A stretch of 63,291 bases of DNA, filler included, from Hyphochytrium catenoides (lineage: Eukaryota > Protista > Hyphochytriomycota), in assembly GCA_900088475.1 (NCBI GenBank). It is 9 parts of 9 records of this genome, joined end to end, with 100 filler letters (N's around TTAATTAATTAA, not from the genome) between each part and the next. Parts side by side here need not be neighbours in the genome. Positions count along the whole stretch, not along the records: positions 1,205 to 28,305 come from FLMG01003345.1; 8 more parts are not named here. One strand, 5' to 3'. Both the position numbers and the translations under genes were made by a program. Positions 11,892 through 25,240 of this stretch are shown here, in pieces; within the stretch, counting starts at the first letter, position 1; each line of letters begins with the position of its first letter. Under the pieces are notes generated by a model that was given only the letters and a program-made list of their open reading frames with translations, was not told the origin of the DNA and did no database searches.

Positions 11892-12608
11892 TACTCCGGA
11901 GTATTTATTAAAGAGAATGTCGATCAGAGGCACTCTTCGTGAGCCTCACCTCACAGCCCTCTCGCCACACAGCAGCGTCCTGACCTCCTGCATATAATCA
12001 TAGAAAGATTATTCGCCAACCTGAGCAGCAGAAGGAGAAGATGATGATGAAGAAGGAAAGAGGAGGAGGAGAAACCTTTGCCGATAATGGTGCGCACCTT
12101 GGTTGTTTTAGAGGAGCCAGATGTGCGCACTCAATTTCTTTATTATTTGGTATACAACTATTTACTATTCCCTATAACTAATAACCTACTCATATTATCT
12201 AGAATAACAATCAGAAGCGTGGTTTGAAGGTGTGCTCTGGTGATGATTCTGTTGGTTCTGACACCCACACCGCTCTTCTCCCTCCTCCCTGCCCTGCAGC
12301 CCGCGCGCGGCTCAAGCGTCACCGCCGCTTTCCGGTCCATCATCGGTCCATCATCGGGCTGTCTCCCTGTGCCCACCGCCGCTGCGTACAAGGTCTGCGG
12401 ACCCTTATGAGGACCATCCTTGAGCTGGTCATATCCGTTAGCTTGACTCTCCTCTCGCTTTGCTACCTACCACCAGACACAGCGGAGCAGATCTCTTTGA
12501 GCAGCTGAAAAGGCTCTCCGACTTAAGTGGAAGTTGTGGCACACAGAGTGGAGAAGTCTAAACGGACAAGCGGTAGGTGCTCGACTCCCAAGGGCACTAA
12601 GAACAGAA

Positions 12609-15600
12609 ATGGGGAGGTTGAAAGGAATGCTCAAGGCCCAGAAGGCCGCTGCAGCGAAAGATAAGCAAAAGGTGAGGATCGCTCTTCCTCTCAGTAGCCG
12701 GCTCTGCAGCTCACAGCTCCTACTTCTGCCGCAGCGACTAAAGAAGAGGCAGGAAAGAAAGCAGTTAGCCCTGAAGCAGCAAGGAGGAGAAGGCGGTGCA
12801 CCGGCCACTGGTGCGACAGACAAGACACACAAAGCTACCTCAGCACTTCCAAGTCGAGCTCTTAAGAGAATGCAACAACAGAAGGCGTTCCGCCTGGAGG
12901 CACTGAGTAGAAGGCGAGGTCTGTACATAGATGGCAGTAGAAAGAAGGGTCAGCATGATAGAGATATTATGCCTCCTTCTTCTCTCCTCACTTATTGGAT
13001 AGAAATCAAGGCACTCTCTTTGCTGACCTTGTCTCTCTGGATGGAATAGGTTTAGGAGACATCAAAAACCTTGAAGACCTGCAGCAAAGAGCCACATCGG
13101 GTGCGGATGCCTTCCAAGAAAAGATGCAGGTAAGTAAGGGAGATGCTGTAGATGGAAGGGACAAGAGGGACCACTTAGACAAGACGAAGAAGGTCTGGCG
13201 TAAGCACCAAGTGTTCACATATGAGAAGCGCCAAAGTGTGTCCTTGGTCTCAACCATTCTTGGGGACCTTGCCCTCCTGACAGGTTGAGGAGAAGAAAGG
13301 CAGCCACTTCGGCGAGCTGAATGACAACTCAAGAAGAGCTTACATGAGAGAGCTCAAGAAAGTTGTGGAGAGGGCAGATGTGATCCTCGAGGTAGCAACG
13401 GGCAGGACCAGGAAAAGGCCGCCTCAGCTCTCACCTGCGTCGTCGTCTCCAACCATGTCAATGGTTCCTTCTTTCCTCCTGATTGATCGCTTTGTCCTAT
13501 CCTCTGCTTAAGCTCCTTTCTTTCTGCTTGTCGCTGTGACGTAACACAGGTACAGCTTTCATTCCACTGGCGCCTACTTTATTCTGATTGGGCGGTCATA
13601 AGCTTCCACATCTCTCATAATGCTATGATTTACTCTGTCGGCCTCATCAGGTACTGGACGCAAGAGATCCTGAGGGCTGTCGGTGTCCTGACTTGGAGGA
13701 CATGATTCTTTCAAAAGGAGGGAAGCGCCTAGTCTTGGTGCTGAACAAAGTCGACTTGGTTCCCCAGAGGGTACTCATTCCATGGCTGAGACACCTAAGG
13801 CGACAGTATCCCACAGTCGCTTTCAAGGCTAACACGCAGGAGCAGGGAGGAAATATGGCACAGGTGTTAACATAGAAACTTATCCTTCCGCGCCATAGTC
13901 AGTCATTTTTACGGTCTTCTGTGCCACTGATTCAACTTTTACTCTTTCACGGAGTACGCTTATCGCATCCTGCTACCTTCAGCTCCACCATCTCTTCAAA
14001 ATAACTCCTCTCTGGGACCAAAGCAACTTAGACTTCTTCTTGTAGGTTGAGCCCTTCGTCTCACTACGTGGTTTCTCTTCCGTTCCCGCTACCCGACGTG
14101 CCCCTCCATTTCTGCCTCTCTCTCTCTCTGATTCTAACACCTCTTCTCCCACGGGCACTCTGTTGCAGATTAGCGGTAAAGCAGATAAAGCTCTCTTGGA
14201 GGCCCTAACAGGGAGCAAAGCGGTTGGGACGGAGGCGCTTATGCAACTTCTGAAGAACTATTGCCGATCGCAGAACATCAAGACGGCCATCACAGTGGGC
14301 GTCATTGGCTACCCGAATGTGGGGAAAAGCTCGGTGATCAACTCTCTTAAGCGGGAGAAGGCAGTTGGAGTGTCCGCCACAGCGGGCTTCACGAAGGCAA
14401 TGCAGGTAAGAAAGTTAGGGGATTCTGTTTCATAAAATTACGAAGGGTTAGCTCTTAAAAGACCATATGAGAGGAGGAGATCATGAAAGATGGGGCGATG
14501 TGAAGAAAGAGGAGAAGTGATGGTAGATTATTAAGCATAGGCAGAAAGGGAGGGGGAGAGAGAGAAGAGACAGGGACAGAAACAGAGGGCGAGAGAGTTC
14601 GTGTGTGTGGTGTGTACCTCTGTGTGTGTGTGTGTGAGAGAGAGAGAGACAGAGAGAGAGAGGGGGAGCAGACAGCGCATAGAAAGAAAGGGAGAAGCTG
14701 GAATCTGGTTGCACCATCTGGTAGGAGTTGTGGTGGCGTGGTTTGTATCTACATTATCAACCTCCACTATACCATCAGGAAGTCCATTTAGACAAGAAGA
14801 TCAAACTGCTGGACTGCCCAGGCATTGTCTTCGATGACTCAGATGCTGGTGAGTTGGTCTAACCATCTAGATGGCCACAACGTCTAACTATCGCGGCCAG
14901 TCAAAAGTAACCGTTCTAATACCTCTAGGTTCTCTCTTCCTTCGTAACTGCATCAATGTGGATACGCTGAGCGACCCGATTCAGCCCGTTGAAGCCATTC
15001 TCGGTCGCTGTCAGAAGGGGCAGCTAGAGGCATTGTATGGAATAGGAGACTATGAGGATGTCATTGACTTCTTGGTGAAGGTGGCCTTCAAGAGAGGAAA
15101 GCTGCAGAAGTACGGAATCAGCGTTATCTTGCGCCAGTGATCAGTAGCTATTCTTTTGTTCGTTCTGTGCGTGTCCAGCTCCCTTTTGCTTATCTCAAGA
15201 GAACCTTTTACCGCCCTTCCTAGACACTTTGCCCGTTACTGACCTTGTAGTCTATCCTGCGGGATTCTTACTACATGCACCACACGCACTCTGACATGGG
15301 CCTCCTATCATCTCTCCCGTATCCCTTACAGAGGAGGCATTCCAGATCGTCTGAATGCAGCCAGGGCCGTCCTTCAAGATTGGAACTCGGGAAAGATACC
15401 ATTCCACACCGAACCTCCTAAGGAAGAGACGCTTCACTTGGGAGCAGCTATTGTTAGCAAGATGGGCGAAGACTTCAAACTGGAAGAGGTAAGAAAGAGA
15501 TGGGCTGCAAGAGGTGATTAAGAGGATTTCGAGACCCAGAGAGAGGAGAGAGCGGAATTAGAAGGAGGGAAAGGAGATTGACAAGGAGAACGAGAAAGAG

Positions 15601-16105
15601 ACGAACTGAGGAGTGAGGTGCCACTTCAAACCCCGCATTGGTCACTGACAACGCATTCCTTCTGCAGTTCTTGAATCCACAGGATCTTATGCGGGAGCTT
15701 CCTGCGGATGTGGTGATGCCGATGGAAGGAGAAGAAGGAGAAGAGGAGAAAGGTGCGAGGGGCCCAGTGTGCTCTCTCACAGTCGAGGACCCAGGAAGCG
15801 GCGGCGCCATGGAGCAGGAGGAACGGCAAAACGAAGAGAAAGAGTGGGAGGACGACGAATCTGAAGACGATGAAGAGCAAGGGACTTTAGCAGTGATAGC
15901 TGATGCCACTCTAACCGCTCAGCAAAGGTAATGAAAATAACCTTCTGTCTCTATCGTCTACCCTGCAGGTTGTTGACAGACCGTGGACAGGCGAAGAGCT
16001 CTAAAGAACCAGAGAAAGTTGAAGAGAAGAGCACAGCGCGTAGGAGCAGGCTCGGAGGGCGAGGAGGACGCGATGGACAGAGAGGATGACTTTGATGATT
16101 TATAG
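12609..16105 (+). CDS. NUG1: Nucleostemin/GNL3/Nug1-family circularly permuted GTPase (60S biogenesis), multi-exon
   Basis: Spliced reading [21 protein letters not shown]|[11 protein letters not shown]...[10 protein letters not shown] (G4) ...[18 protein letters not shown] (G1) ...GFTKAMQ|[18 protein letters not shown] (G3) ...KRGKLQK|GGIPD...[14 protein letters not shown]. Terminal exon frame and start are uncertain. Confidence 0.93.
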
Positions 16106-17109
16106 AGAAGTGAGGAAGCTGTCTTCGCTGTTGCTATTGAGACCATTGAGAGCCTTCAACAAAAAAGAAGCAGCAAAGGGCTGCAGGGGCGTATCATGAT
16201 GTCCGTGTGGCAAGCCTCTGGATGGCAAGTCGCAGATCTTCTCCAGCGAAGCTCGAGAACTCATCTTCTCTTGCCAAGACCAGCATCATCACTAAGAGCT
16301 TCCAGATCCGCTCTGCAGTTGACTGACAAGGAGCAGCGCCATCGGCTCTGCGGTCTGTTGATGACCTTGCCATCCTCCTGTCGATTCTCAGCAAACTTCC
16401 CCTTTTCTCCTCAAACTGTTGTTCGCCCTTCTGACAGATGTGTCAGCTGTCAATTATAAAGTAAAATGGCGCTTTTTTCTGGTCTTATTACACGAACCGT
16501 CAATTGACAGTGTCAAATCAACCCTAGTATTTGTGAATTTTACCGAAAAGTAGAGCAAATTAGCGTCTTTGGGAGTGGTGGATTGTGAAGTTTGTGAGGT
16601 TCTTTGACACGTGAAAGGTGTTGAGCCTCTGACCTCAGGCAAACATCATTGATGCTTGAGGAGGAGCGGCAGGGCAGTCCAGGTCCAGGCGAGCGCTCTC
16701 CGTCAGTACTCGGCCCATACCAAGCTCAACACTGCTGCTGCTGGCTGTGGGCTGCTGCGTCATTCAAGCGAGAATAGACAGGTCAAGCAGCTCTTGGAAG
16801 TTAGTGGGCGCCTTGTTGCTGCCCTCCGGAAGGTCTAATCTCGACAGGCGTCGGATTGGTGAAGGGTTGGAGTTGGAAGGGGCTTGAACGGCCAGGAGAC
16901 TAAACCGAGGAGGGCCAGCTATGCGGCATCTATACGACTCCTTTGCCGTGTTCACCAATTTGAGGGCTTCCGTCTGTGGCGTCTGAGCCCATGTGTCAAG
17001 CTGAAGCATCACGGGCTAGAAGGCGCACCCGAGCACGTGGTTGACAATCTGCCAGATCGAAAACAGGAGAAGAGGCCGTTATTTCCGAGAAAAGGCCATA
17101 GCGGGAGCC

Positions 17110-20100
17110 ATGGAAGATGCCAACTGGGGCAGGAACCTAAGGCAGCAGAACGCTGATGGTAAGCGGTTTTCAGGCCAACAAGTTAGCTGACAATATCTCT
17201 TAGCTCCCATCACTCCTCCTCCCTGTTGATCTGTTGTCTCTCCATGTTACAGGCAGCGCGGCATGGTATGCGGAAATCAGTCGGCAGCGAAGGCAAAGGT
17301 TGACTTCTCACACGTGCCTTTGAGTCAACACGTCCTTGTTACCCGGATTCTTTCCATTTTGCTCTTATGCTGGCCCTTTGATGGCCTGCTGTCTCGTCCT
17401 CTCTTCCATCCCACTCTCTTGATCTACGATGGACATGTTGCTAGCTAATGCGCCGCAAACCTTTCAGCACTATATATTGGTCCTGACGACGTGCTGTCTC
17501 CACCTTTTAGAGCTTTCCAGATGGGTATCCTGATCTGCTTGATGATAATTTTCTTCGACTCCCGGAGATCAGTGGATCATACGCCTAACTTCCGTGGCCC
17601 TGTGAGTCATTCTTCTGTAGATACAGTTCCTGGCCAGACCTTCTCTACGCCACGAAAGCACCGCCCTGGGGATTCTCCCTTCAGTAGTTGCGTTCTCGCT
17701 CTTTTGCTTCCTTCATACATGCTACTCGTTTGCTTCTCTCATGTTAACTGTCGACCATTGCCTCTATTATTTGCCTCTTTCTCTTCTGTTCCAGATGCAT
17801 CAGCCTCCTCGCATGTCCAATAAGGAGGTCATTGCCAAGTCTGACCGCCTCAGGGCTTTTCTGTCTGAAGCACGGAGCGAGAAGCCCGGTCCAGTGCCCG
17901 CCCTTAGCAACATCAGCGCTACGTTTATGGGTACGACCGAGAGTGTTCCCTCTTACTGTCTGCCGAGCACAATGTTGACTCTGGACCCCACATCTTGACC
18001 TTACTCGGTAGCGCTGTTTCTATTTGCCACTGTGCACCAGCTTTTGTGCTGCTTTAAGCCATCTATGGTCTTGCTGATAACCCGCTGTAATCTGGTTCAG
18101 GGAAATTCGAGGTTAACTCCAAAATGTCTCCGAAAGCCTTGTCTGAAAGTAGCGCAGATAAGTGGCCTGGCGGTGTGAGGTACGTTACGAAGAGGGTGGT
18201 GCTAGAGACCGGTTCCTATCTCAGTATTGCCTCGCATCTTTGCCACCGCAGGCTGCAGACCCTTGATTCCTGGTCCAAGATTCGCGGCCTTTCTCCCGTT
18301 CCGAGTTCGGCCGGCCAGGTACGCCATCTTAGTTGCTTCTGGCACCCTCTCGTCTCTCTTTTCGCTGTATGCGTGATGCCGATGTCTTTTCTTTTTCTCT
18401 TGCAAACCATTGTTGTTCCATGTCTCACAACTTTCATCTATGGTCCTGCCAGTTTGCCCTCCAACTGCATTCTGTCCCATGGCCACGGCTGGAAGAGTTG
18501 CTGTTGCAAGTGAGGTCAGTTGTTTTTGGATGGCGGTGGCGTCACATTAGCGTCCTTCTCTTCCTCCCTCGCTGTTGGTGCTCGCTTTCGGCTTTAAAGC
18601 CCGCGAGATCGCCTTTGCACATATTGCCCACTTGCGCTGTCAATAGCATTATTCCCCCCTCTTGTCACGACTCACATTAAGTGTGTTTCGTTAGCGGCAC
18701 AATGAGCATTTCTGTGTCCGACAAGACATTTCCGGTAGTACGTGTGCCCGTCCAAGGTTTGTCTGGTTCTCTTTCATTGTATTATCCCTCTCCTTTTCAC
18801 TAAGACATGTTCGTCCGTGATATCTTGCTTCCTCACCTTTCTTGGTTTTCTGGCATGAGATTTGTTTCTTGCTTTTGTATCTTCAGAACCTATAAATCTG
18901 CTGGCTCAGTCACTTCTCCCTGTTCTCACCATTGCCTCGCAGGTGTATTTTTTCGTCAGAGTGGACGACTGAGCCTCGTGAGCGGCGATGAGGGTGTTCA
19001 GCTTCTTTGGCCGAAGGCAGAGGAGGAGAAGGACGCCGATGCAGGAGAGATCAAGACGACTTCTCCTCCGCGCTCCAGACTTCTTCCTGAGATTAGTGAG
19101 GATGTGGCAAGTAAGAGATGACGGGTGGAATATTCTTATTTAGCCTATGTAGTAGCTGCAGCCATTAATGGTGTCCTCCTCCTCTCTCATCTCACTCAGT
19201 AGCGAGGATGCTGCGGGATCAGAAGCTCAAGGGGTTTGACAGCCTCGAGTTTATTCCTAGGTGTGCACATTGGTCCCGCTCACGGTGTCCTCTTCTTTTT
19301 CTGGATGTCACCTCTAGTAGAATCTCCCTCACCGTCTTCATACAGTCCGGCCTTTACTGTTATCAACCGATACTGAGACAGTCCCAACTTTCTATCGGAT
19401 GGATGGGAGCTACTTCGCTTCTCATCGCTTCGACAACCTCTCTCTTTCTCGCTTCATGATGGATTCTATTGGGGTTCTCCCAAGGGCTTGGGAGCCTAAC
19501 TTCTGACATCTCGTGTACCAGGAATGACCATCACGCCTATCGAGAGGATATTTGCTCCTACTCCTTAGAGCTCTCTATAGGTAAAGCACTTCGCGTCCTC
19601 TCTGGCAAAGGCCACCGTCCTGAGTGGAATACTGTCGCAGAGTCTTGGGTTGACAAGAAAGCAGGTATGGTGATGAATCCTAGGAACCTCTTACTTGCAG
19701 CTCAGCAAAGGTACTCCTCTGCTCGCCCTGATTTATCCCCTCAGTTACTGGCCGGAACCTATCGGTCGCTCAGCTGGGGTGGACTGGCTTTGTCTGGACA
19801 GAAAACTGCAACCAAAGCCTTAGTACGACGGCCGTTTACATGGATGTGGACTTTAGTGAGGCCTTCACCAGGGCGACACACTATGCGATGCTATCTACAG
19901 TGCTCTGCGTCCTTCAGATTTACCTGCTGCTCAGGCAGCTTCAACATTCGAGCACTCAGGCGACCGTCACTAAAGTGAGACATTACTTCTGCTGAAGAAT
20001 TGAAGAGCCTCTATCTTCTTGGTATCTCCAACTTTTCTGCACTGATCCTTCTCCTTGATTGCATTAGCAATCTATCCACCTTTATTAGCTACCTAAAACG

Positions 20101-22067
20101 TTACTAGCTACCCTTTCTGCCATCTACCCTATCTACTAGTTTTGCTCACCGCTCTCCGTCCTGGCCAACTGTAGGTATCTCTGTTGTCAATTGGATGTCA
20201 AGCTATTCTGGACTCATACTTGTGCCTGGCCCACCTCACTCTTGGAATGTACCTCGCGGTAAGCAATCCAGCACTTGAAGGACCCACTAAGTTGGCCAAC
20301 ACACCTTACACTGTTCGCTGTGCAGCCTGTCTTCACATCGTTCGCGACAGTTTCCTTCTTCCAGCTTATCATCTTCTCAATGTTTGAGATGCGGTATCTT
20401 CTGATGATCTGGAGGGCAAGGCGGCCGGAGGTCAGTTCATATGATCCATTCACACCTGAGCTCGGCAGAGTCTTTTCTCGGCCAAAGAAAAACGGCTAAG
20501 GTCCCCCTATCTTTCCTATAGGCCTTTGCAGGTGGCTGGGCAGCAATGCGAAGGGAGCTAGCCGTTTTGTACACTCGATTCTACTCCTCTCTCTTTTTTG
20601 GACTTGTGCTGCTCTACGCAGCCCGCAACTCGGTAGGTCCTCGGTGGCGCAACTTAACCTAACCCGCGTAGTTAAGCCGCTTTCTTCTCACTTCAAGGCC
20701 GATTAGCACTCTTCTACGATTCTCAATTGCATGCCTCAGCTGCAAGAAGCCACTTCTCTTAGTTGGGGATAGCCTGCTCTCTCCTAGTTTATCAACCTAT
20801 TCCATGCGTTTCATAAGGGCAGCATGAAGTCCATTTGATCTCATCTTACGTTTCCGTTTGACATATCAGGTTGCGATCCACTTGATAGTTTTCCTCCTCT
20901 ACTCTTTCTGGGTGCCACAAATTGTTCACAGTGCTCACAGGTCAGCAACCTCTCATTCCTCTCCGCCCCGGTTGCCTTACTGCCCGCTGCTTTGAACCGT
21001 ATCTATGAATGGCCCTGTTCTATCCCTTGGTTGTCTTCTATACCTTCATGCTGACATCAAGATGACACTTACTCCATTGTAGAGACATCCGAAGGTCTGT
21101 GGACACGCTCTTTCTTGTAGGAACATCTCTGTTGCGTCTACTCCCTCCTGTTTATTTCTATGCATACCCAGCCAACTTCTTAGCGTACCTGCCAATTGAC
21201 TATGAAAGGAAGTCCCAGATGGCAGTGGCTATAGTCATATGGGTGACACTGCAGGTGCGATGGTTCTCTCTCCATCTATCGTTTGGACGGATCCCTCTTC
21301 GTGTTGCCGCCTTTGGACCACAATTTGAGGCACTGTTTCGCCACGAATAGCCATCCTCCTCTCCCGGCTCAGAAGCACGAGCTATGGGCTTTCACCTTTA
21401 ACCGTCGTCTGACAAGATTATTGGGTACTATCTCTTTCAGGTTATCGTGGTGCTCCTACAACGATCTTTGGGAAGCCGATTCTTCATCCCAGCGCGCTTC
21501 TTGCCAAAGAAGTACAACTACTACCGCAAACTAGTTGTCCAGGATAACACTGGAGAAAGTGTTCCCTTGGCTGCCGCCACAGGTCTTACGATTAGGGGAA
21601 TCACTCTTCCCTCTAGATCTGTCAGAGGGCCGTATGCTTTTGGAACCATTGCTTTGTTTAGATCCTGACCACCTCTACGCACTTTGCTTGCAAGAGTCAA
21701 CTGCCTCTTGTTTCATCTGTTTTGCCCTCTCATCTATCTCCTGAACCATGATGCTCCTTGCATTCTGGGTTTTGCGCACCCAACGGCGTTATGCCGCGTT
21801 AGCTCTATCGGGCCATTATGGTCTGGCTCTCCGCCCCCAAATTACTTCTTTTTCGCGCTTCTACAAGCTCCCCTCCTAACTATTATGTGCTTTTGTCTGA
21901 CAGAGACAGGCCATGAATGTGTGATCTGCATGACTGAGGTTGACGTCGCGGCCCGGGACTATATGATCGCTCCGTGCGACCATCTATTTCATAGACGATG
22001 TCTAGAGCAGTGGATGGATATCAAGATGGAGTGCCCGACCTGCAGGACCACGCTTCCGCCTCCGTAG
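17110..22067 (+). CDS. TUL1: Multi-pass transmembrane RING-H2 E3 ubiquitin ligase, Tul1/Dsc1/FLY type, many exons
   Basis: LLRQLQHSSTQATVTK|VSLLSIGCQAILDSYLCLAHL, FSMFEMRYLLMIWRARRP, LYSFWVPQIV, RLLPPVYFYAYPANF, GSRFFIPARFLPKKYNY and the C-terminal CVICM...APCDHLFHRRCLEQWMDIKMECPTCR. The 5' exons and start are tentative. Confidence 0.9.
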
Positions 22068-23019
22068 CGGTTTGATGAGCACGTAGCGGTTTGATGGGAA
22101 AGAGTTCCTGTCATGTCATCCACGCATGTTACCCTCAGAATTCTACAATGCAGGGTCGTTCGTGTGGGAATTCTCAGCCCCCTAGCGAAAGGTAGAACTC
22201 GCGCTAATCAGTTTAAGAGCACTTCGGGTCTAGGGTCCACCACTAGGCTATGCTTAGCTAATTTTGAGCAACAACGAGGTTGTCAAGGTGTAAACCTCGC
22301 TGGTTGCATTCTTCAGTGACAGCTCTTAACTTTTTTCTTATTGCAATGGCTAGTCCTTCCTCTAACGAGGCTCTCATGGGGATGAAAAGGCTCTTCTTTT
22401 TTTATTTGTCCATATTTAACCTGCAAAGCTTCATGGTCATTGACAATATTAGGCCAAATGGCTTTGTGAACTAACAGCATCACTAGCTAACGCCACGTTC
22501 ACACATGTAGGAGAGTCGGAGGTCCTCTGGCTGTTTTGATGAATAAAGTTGTCACGTGAGGCTGAAGGGCTCACTCTTCATGTGGTTCTGAGGACGGCGC
22601 AGCTTACTGCTTCTTCATTATACAACTATTTGCAGGAGAGACGGCTCTCTCAGCAAAACCAACTAACAAAGAGGATGATGGGGCACGGTGGAGGAGGATC
22701 TAGTAGTGTGTCGAGGCGTTTAAAGGCTGGCGGGTGCAGCTTCTTGTCGTCCCACATTGGGCGCTGTCACGACCACTACTTTCCTCAGTTATTGGAAGCT
22801 CTGATAAATCAAGCCTAATAATAGAGGGCGGTGCGCAGATGACTGATTGCCCCTCCGCTACACCGTACGGCTCAGTAGTAGAATTTCACACCACCAGCAT
22901 CTCCTACTGCTCGTTGCTGCTGCACCAGCTATTCATGCCATGCCGTATCAATGAGCAAGTAGGACTCCCAAGAAGTCAAAGTCCTGGCGTCTTCCTCCTC
23001 CCCCGCAAGCTTGCTTTAA

Positions 23020-24415
23020 GTCAAAGCTGGGATACTAATGGCGTTAGTCCCTCAACAGCGCCGCCGCCAGCAGCAGAGTAGTCCCATGTCTGATCGCCCC
23101 ATTGTCCCTTGTTTACAAGTAGGAGCCACCGCGCCACGCACCAGCAGCCACCGCGGAGGAGCAGTGTCCACAGCAACGACCAAAAAGACAAAAAGGGACG
23201 CCGCAGGAGAGTGAGCAGCGCAGCAGCGCAGCAGCAGCAGCGGCGGCTGGGCTGCACCTGCTGCACGCACCACTAGCACAAACGCACTTGCACTCACTGT
23301 TGTTCTTGTCCTCACGTTGTGGACCGCTAACGGCCTTCAGTTTGTTTCGTTGCTGCTGTTTCGTATGTGAAACCCCCTCGCCTGCCCCCTTCCTGCCTGT
23401 CTGCTGGCTGCTGGGGAACGGTGAGGAGGAAGAGCTGCTGTTATCAGGGGAGAAGAAAGAAGAAGGGTTAACAGGAGCAGCGACTGGAAGGAAGGAAGAA
23501 GGCGGTCTTCTTGTTTGTTGAGACGTCCTCAGGACCTAGTAGGGGAAGGGAAGGCCATCATCATCGATAGGTAGTAGGTAGAGGAGGAGGGGCAGCAAGT
23601 CGTCGTAAGGAAGGAAGAGTCCATTCAGCATCATCAACAGGCAAAAAAAGGAGTGATAGGAAGAGAAGAGGAGGGCAGAGGAGAGCTATAAATACCGCCC
23701 ACTCACTGTTGTTCCTGTTTGTAAGTGCCTTCCATCTCTCTCTCAGCCAACAAGGCTCTTCTTCTCAGGGCTTCAGACCAGATTCATGCCCACCAACTCC
23801 CCCCTCCAAGTGGTAAGCTCTCTTCCATCATCATCATAAGGAACAAGCCCTGAACATCAGTGATGATAGAGCTGTTGTTGTGGGCATCTGTTGTTGTCAT
23901 CTCTCACCAAATAGAGCGATTGACCCATCGAACGACGTACTGTGGGTTCTCTACTACTCATCAACGAAGCAAGCAGTGGGGGATGAGAAGGAGAGGAAGA
24001 GGGCTCGTAAGTTAGAGAAGGAGGAATGGTGGGTCTGCAGGCCTCAGCCAGCATATCGTTTAACTTTACTTCTTGAAGAATCAGAGTACTATTTAGAAGA
24101 CCTCCTCCTTCCTCATCAAGCAAGGAAGAATAAGACAAAGCCTGAGAAGAAAAGACTGCGACAAGGATAGTGAGTAGCCGTCCACAGACCTAGGTGTAAG
24201 AATTTCCTACCTTAGTGTGCCTTTCTGGTAGGTGGTGAGTGAGTCTCTAGCGCCCAATTAAACAAAGAACAGGCAATGTGCTGCCAAAGACAGAGCCTAC
24301 CTTTTAACTGTTGCTTGTTATTATGATCCACAGGCACAATGGTCACTCGCCCCATTTCCTCATTCTTTTTTCCGTCCGGCTCTGTCTCCTGCCACACACG
24401 GGTGCATGTTGCCAT
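23020..24415 (-). CDS. Possible spliced gene of unknown function, divergent from the 24578 ORF
   Basis: ATG at 24415 and several GT..AG-bounded open segments (e.g. LSYSSLLDEEGGGLLNSTLILQEVKLNDMLAEACRP). No recognisable domain, and the exon chain is not resolved. Confidence 0.25.
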
Positions 24416-24577
24416 AACGAATGCTCGCTCCTCCCATTGGTGATCACTCAGCTGACGAGGCTAAGACTATAGCACCCTAACCTCAATAGAGAAAACCGTC
24501 TGCTCTGGCATAGTGAGGCTAAGCAGAACTGAGCGCAGGAAAGAAGTCGCCAGCCGAGGGATCTCAAGTTAGAGAAC

Positions 24578-25240
24578 ATGAACGAAATGCCGGGCAATCA
24601 AGTGAGATGGTTCGTCGATTTGGAAAGGGAAGCGGAGCTGGAAGCGATGCTCGCAGATGCTAATGTAGAGAGAGATCATCTCCAGCAAGTGTTACAGCGT
24701 CACAGACTGATTCAAGAAGCGTTGCAGGCAAGGCTTCGTCAGACGGAGAACCTTCGGCTGGACGCCACGCTTCATCGCATCAATTTTTTGGAGAACCAAT
24801 TGAGAGATCTATCGCGGCAAATGTATGACCTTGCTGAGCTCCATCGCAGCCTGCTCATGACGGCAGAAAGCTTGGGCTATGACAGAGAAGCACGGACCCT
24901 CAGCTTCCGATTGGAGCAGTGGCGAGCAGCCACGGATGAAATCCTCAGCCGCGAGGGCCCTGCAATAGTAGCTTCGCCGGAAAGGGAACATCGTCTGGCG
25001 ACCTTGAGTACCACGATCATTATCCTTCTAGTTGCCCTCTGGCTTGGCTTACTTATGAAAACGGATTGCAGTCAATATTTGAGAAGTACTGGAGACAAGA
25101 ACGGCACAATGCTAAGTCTGCCTCCCCCTCCATTGACGCTGAAGGAAGGCCTCATTGCAGCTCCGCAGGTGACGATATGCTGCCAGAAGTCAGTGCTTCA
25201 GCTCTTCTTCGAATGGCTCTCAGACGCTTTCCCCTACTAG
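24578..25240 (+). CDS. Intronless orphan protein: N-terminal coiled coil plus single transmembrane helix (220 aa)
   Basis: Clean ATG-TAG ORF in non-repetitive DNA, with L/E/R/Q heptads to about residue 120 and the hydrophobic run TTIIILLVALWLGLLM. Confidence 0.7.
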   Translation: MNEMPGNQVRWFVDLEREAELEAMLADANVERDHLQQVLQRHRLIQEALQARLRQTENLRLDATLHRINFLENQLRDLSRQMYDLAELHRSLLMTAESLGYDREARTLSFRLEQWRAATDEILSREGPAIVASPEREHRLATLSTTIIILLVALWLGLLMKTDCSQYLRSTGDKNGTMLSLPPPPLTLKEGLIAAPQVTICCQKSVLQLFFEWLSDAFPY

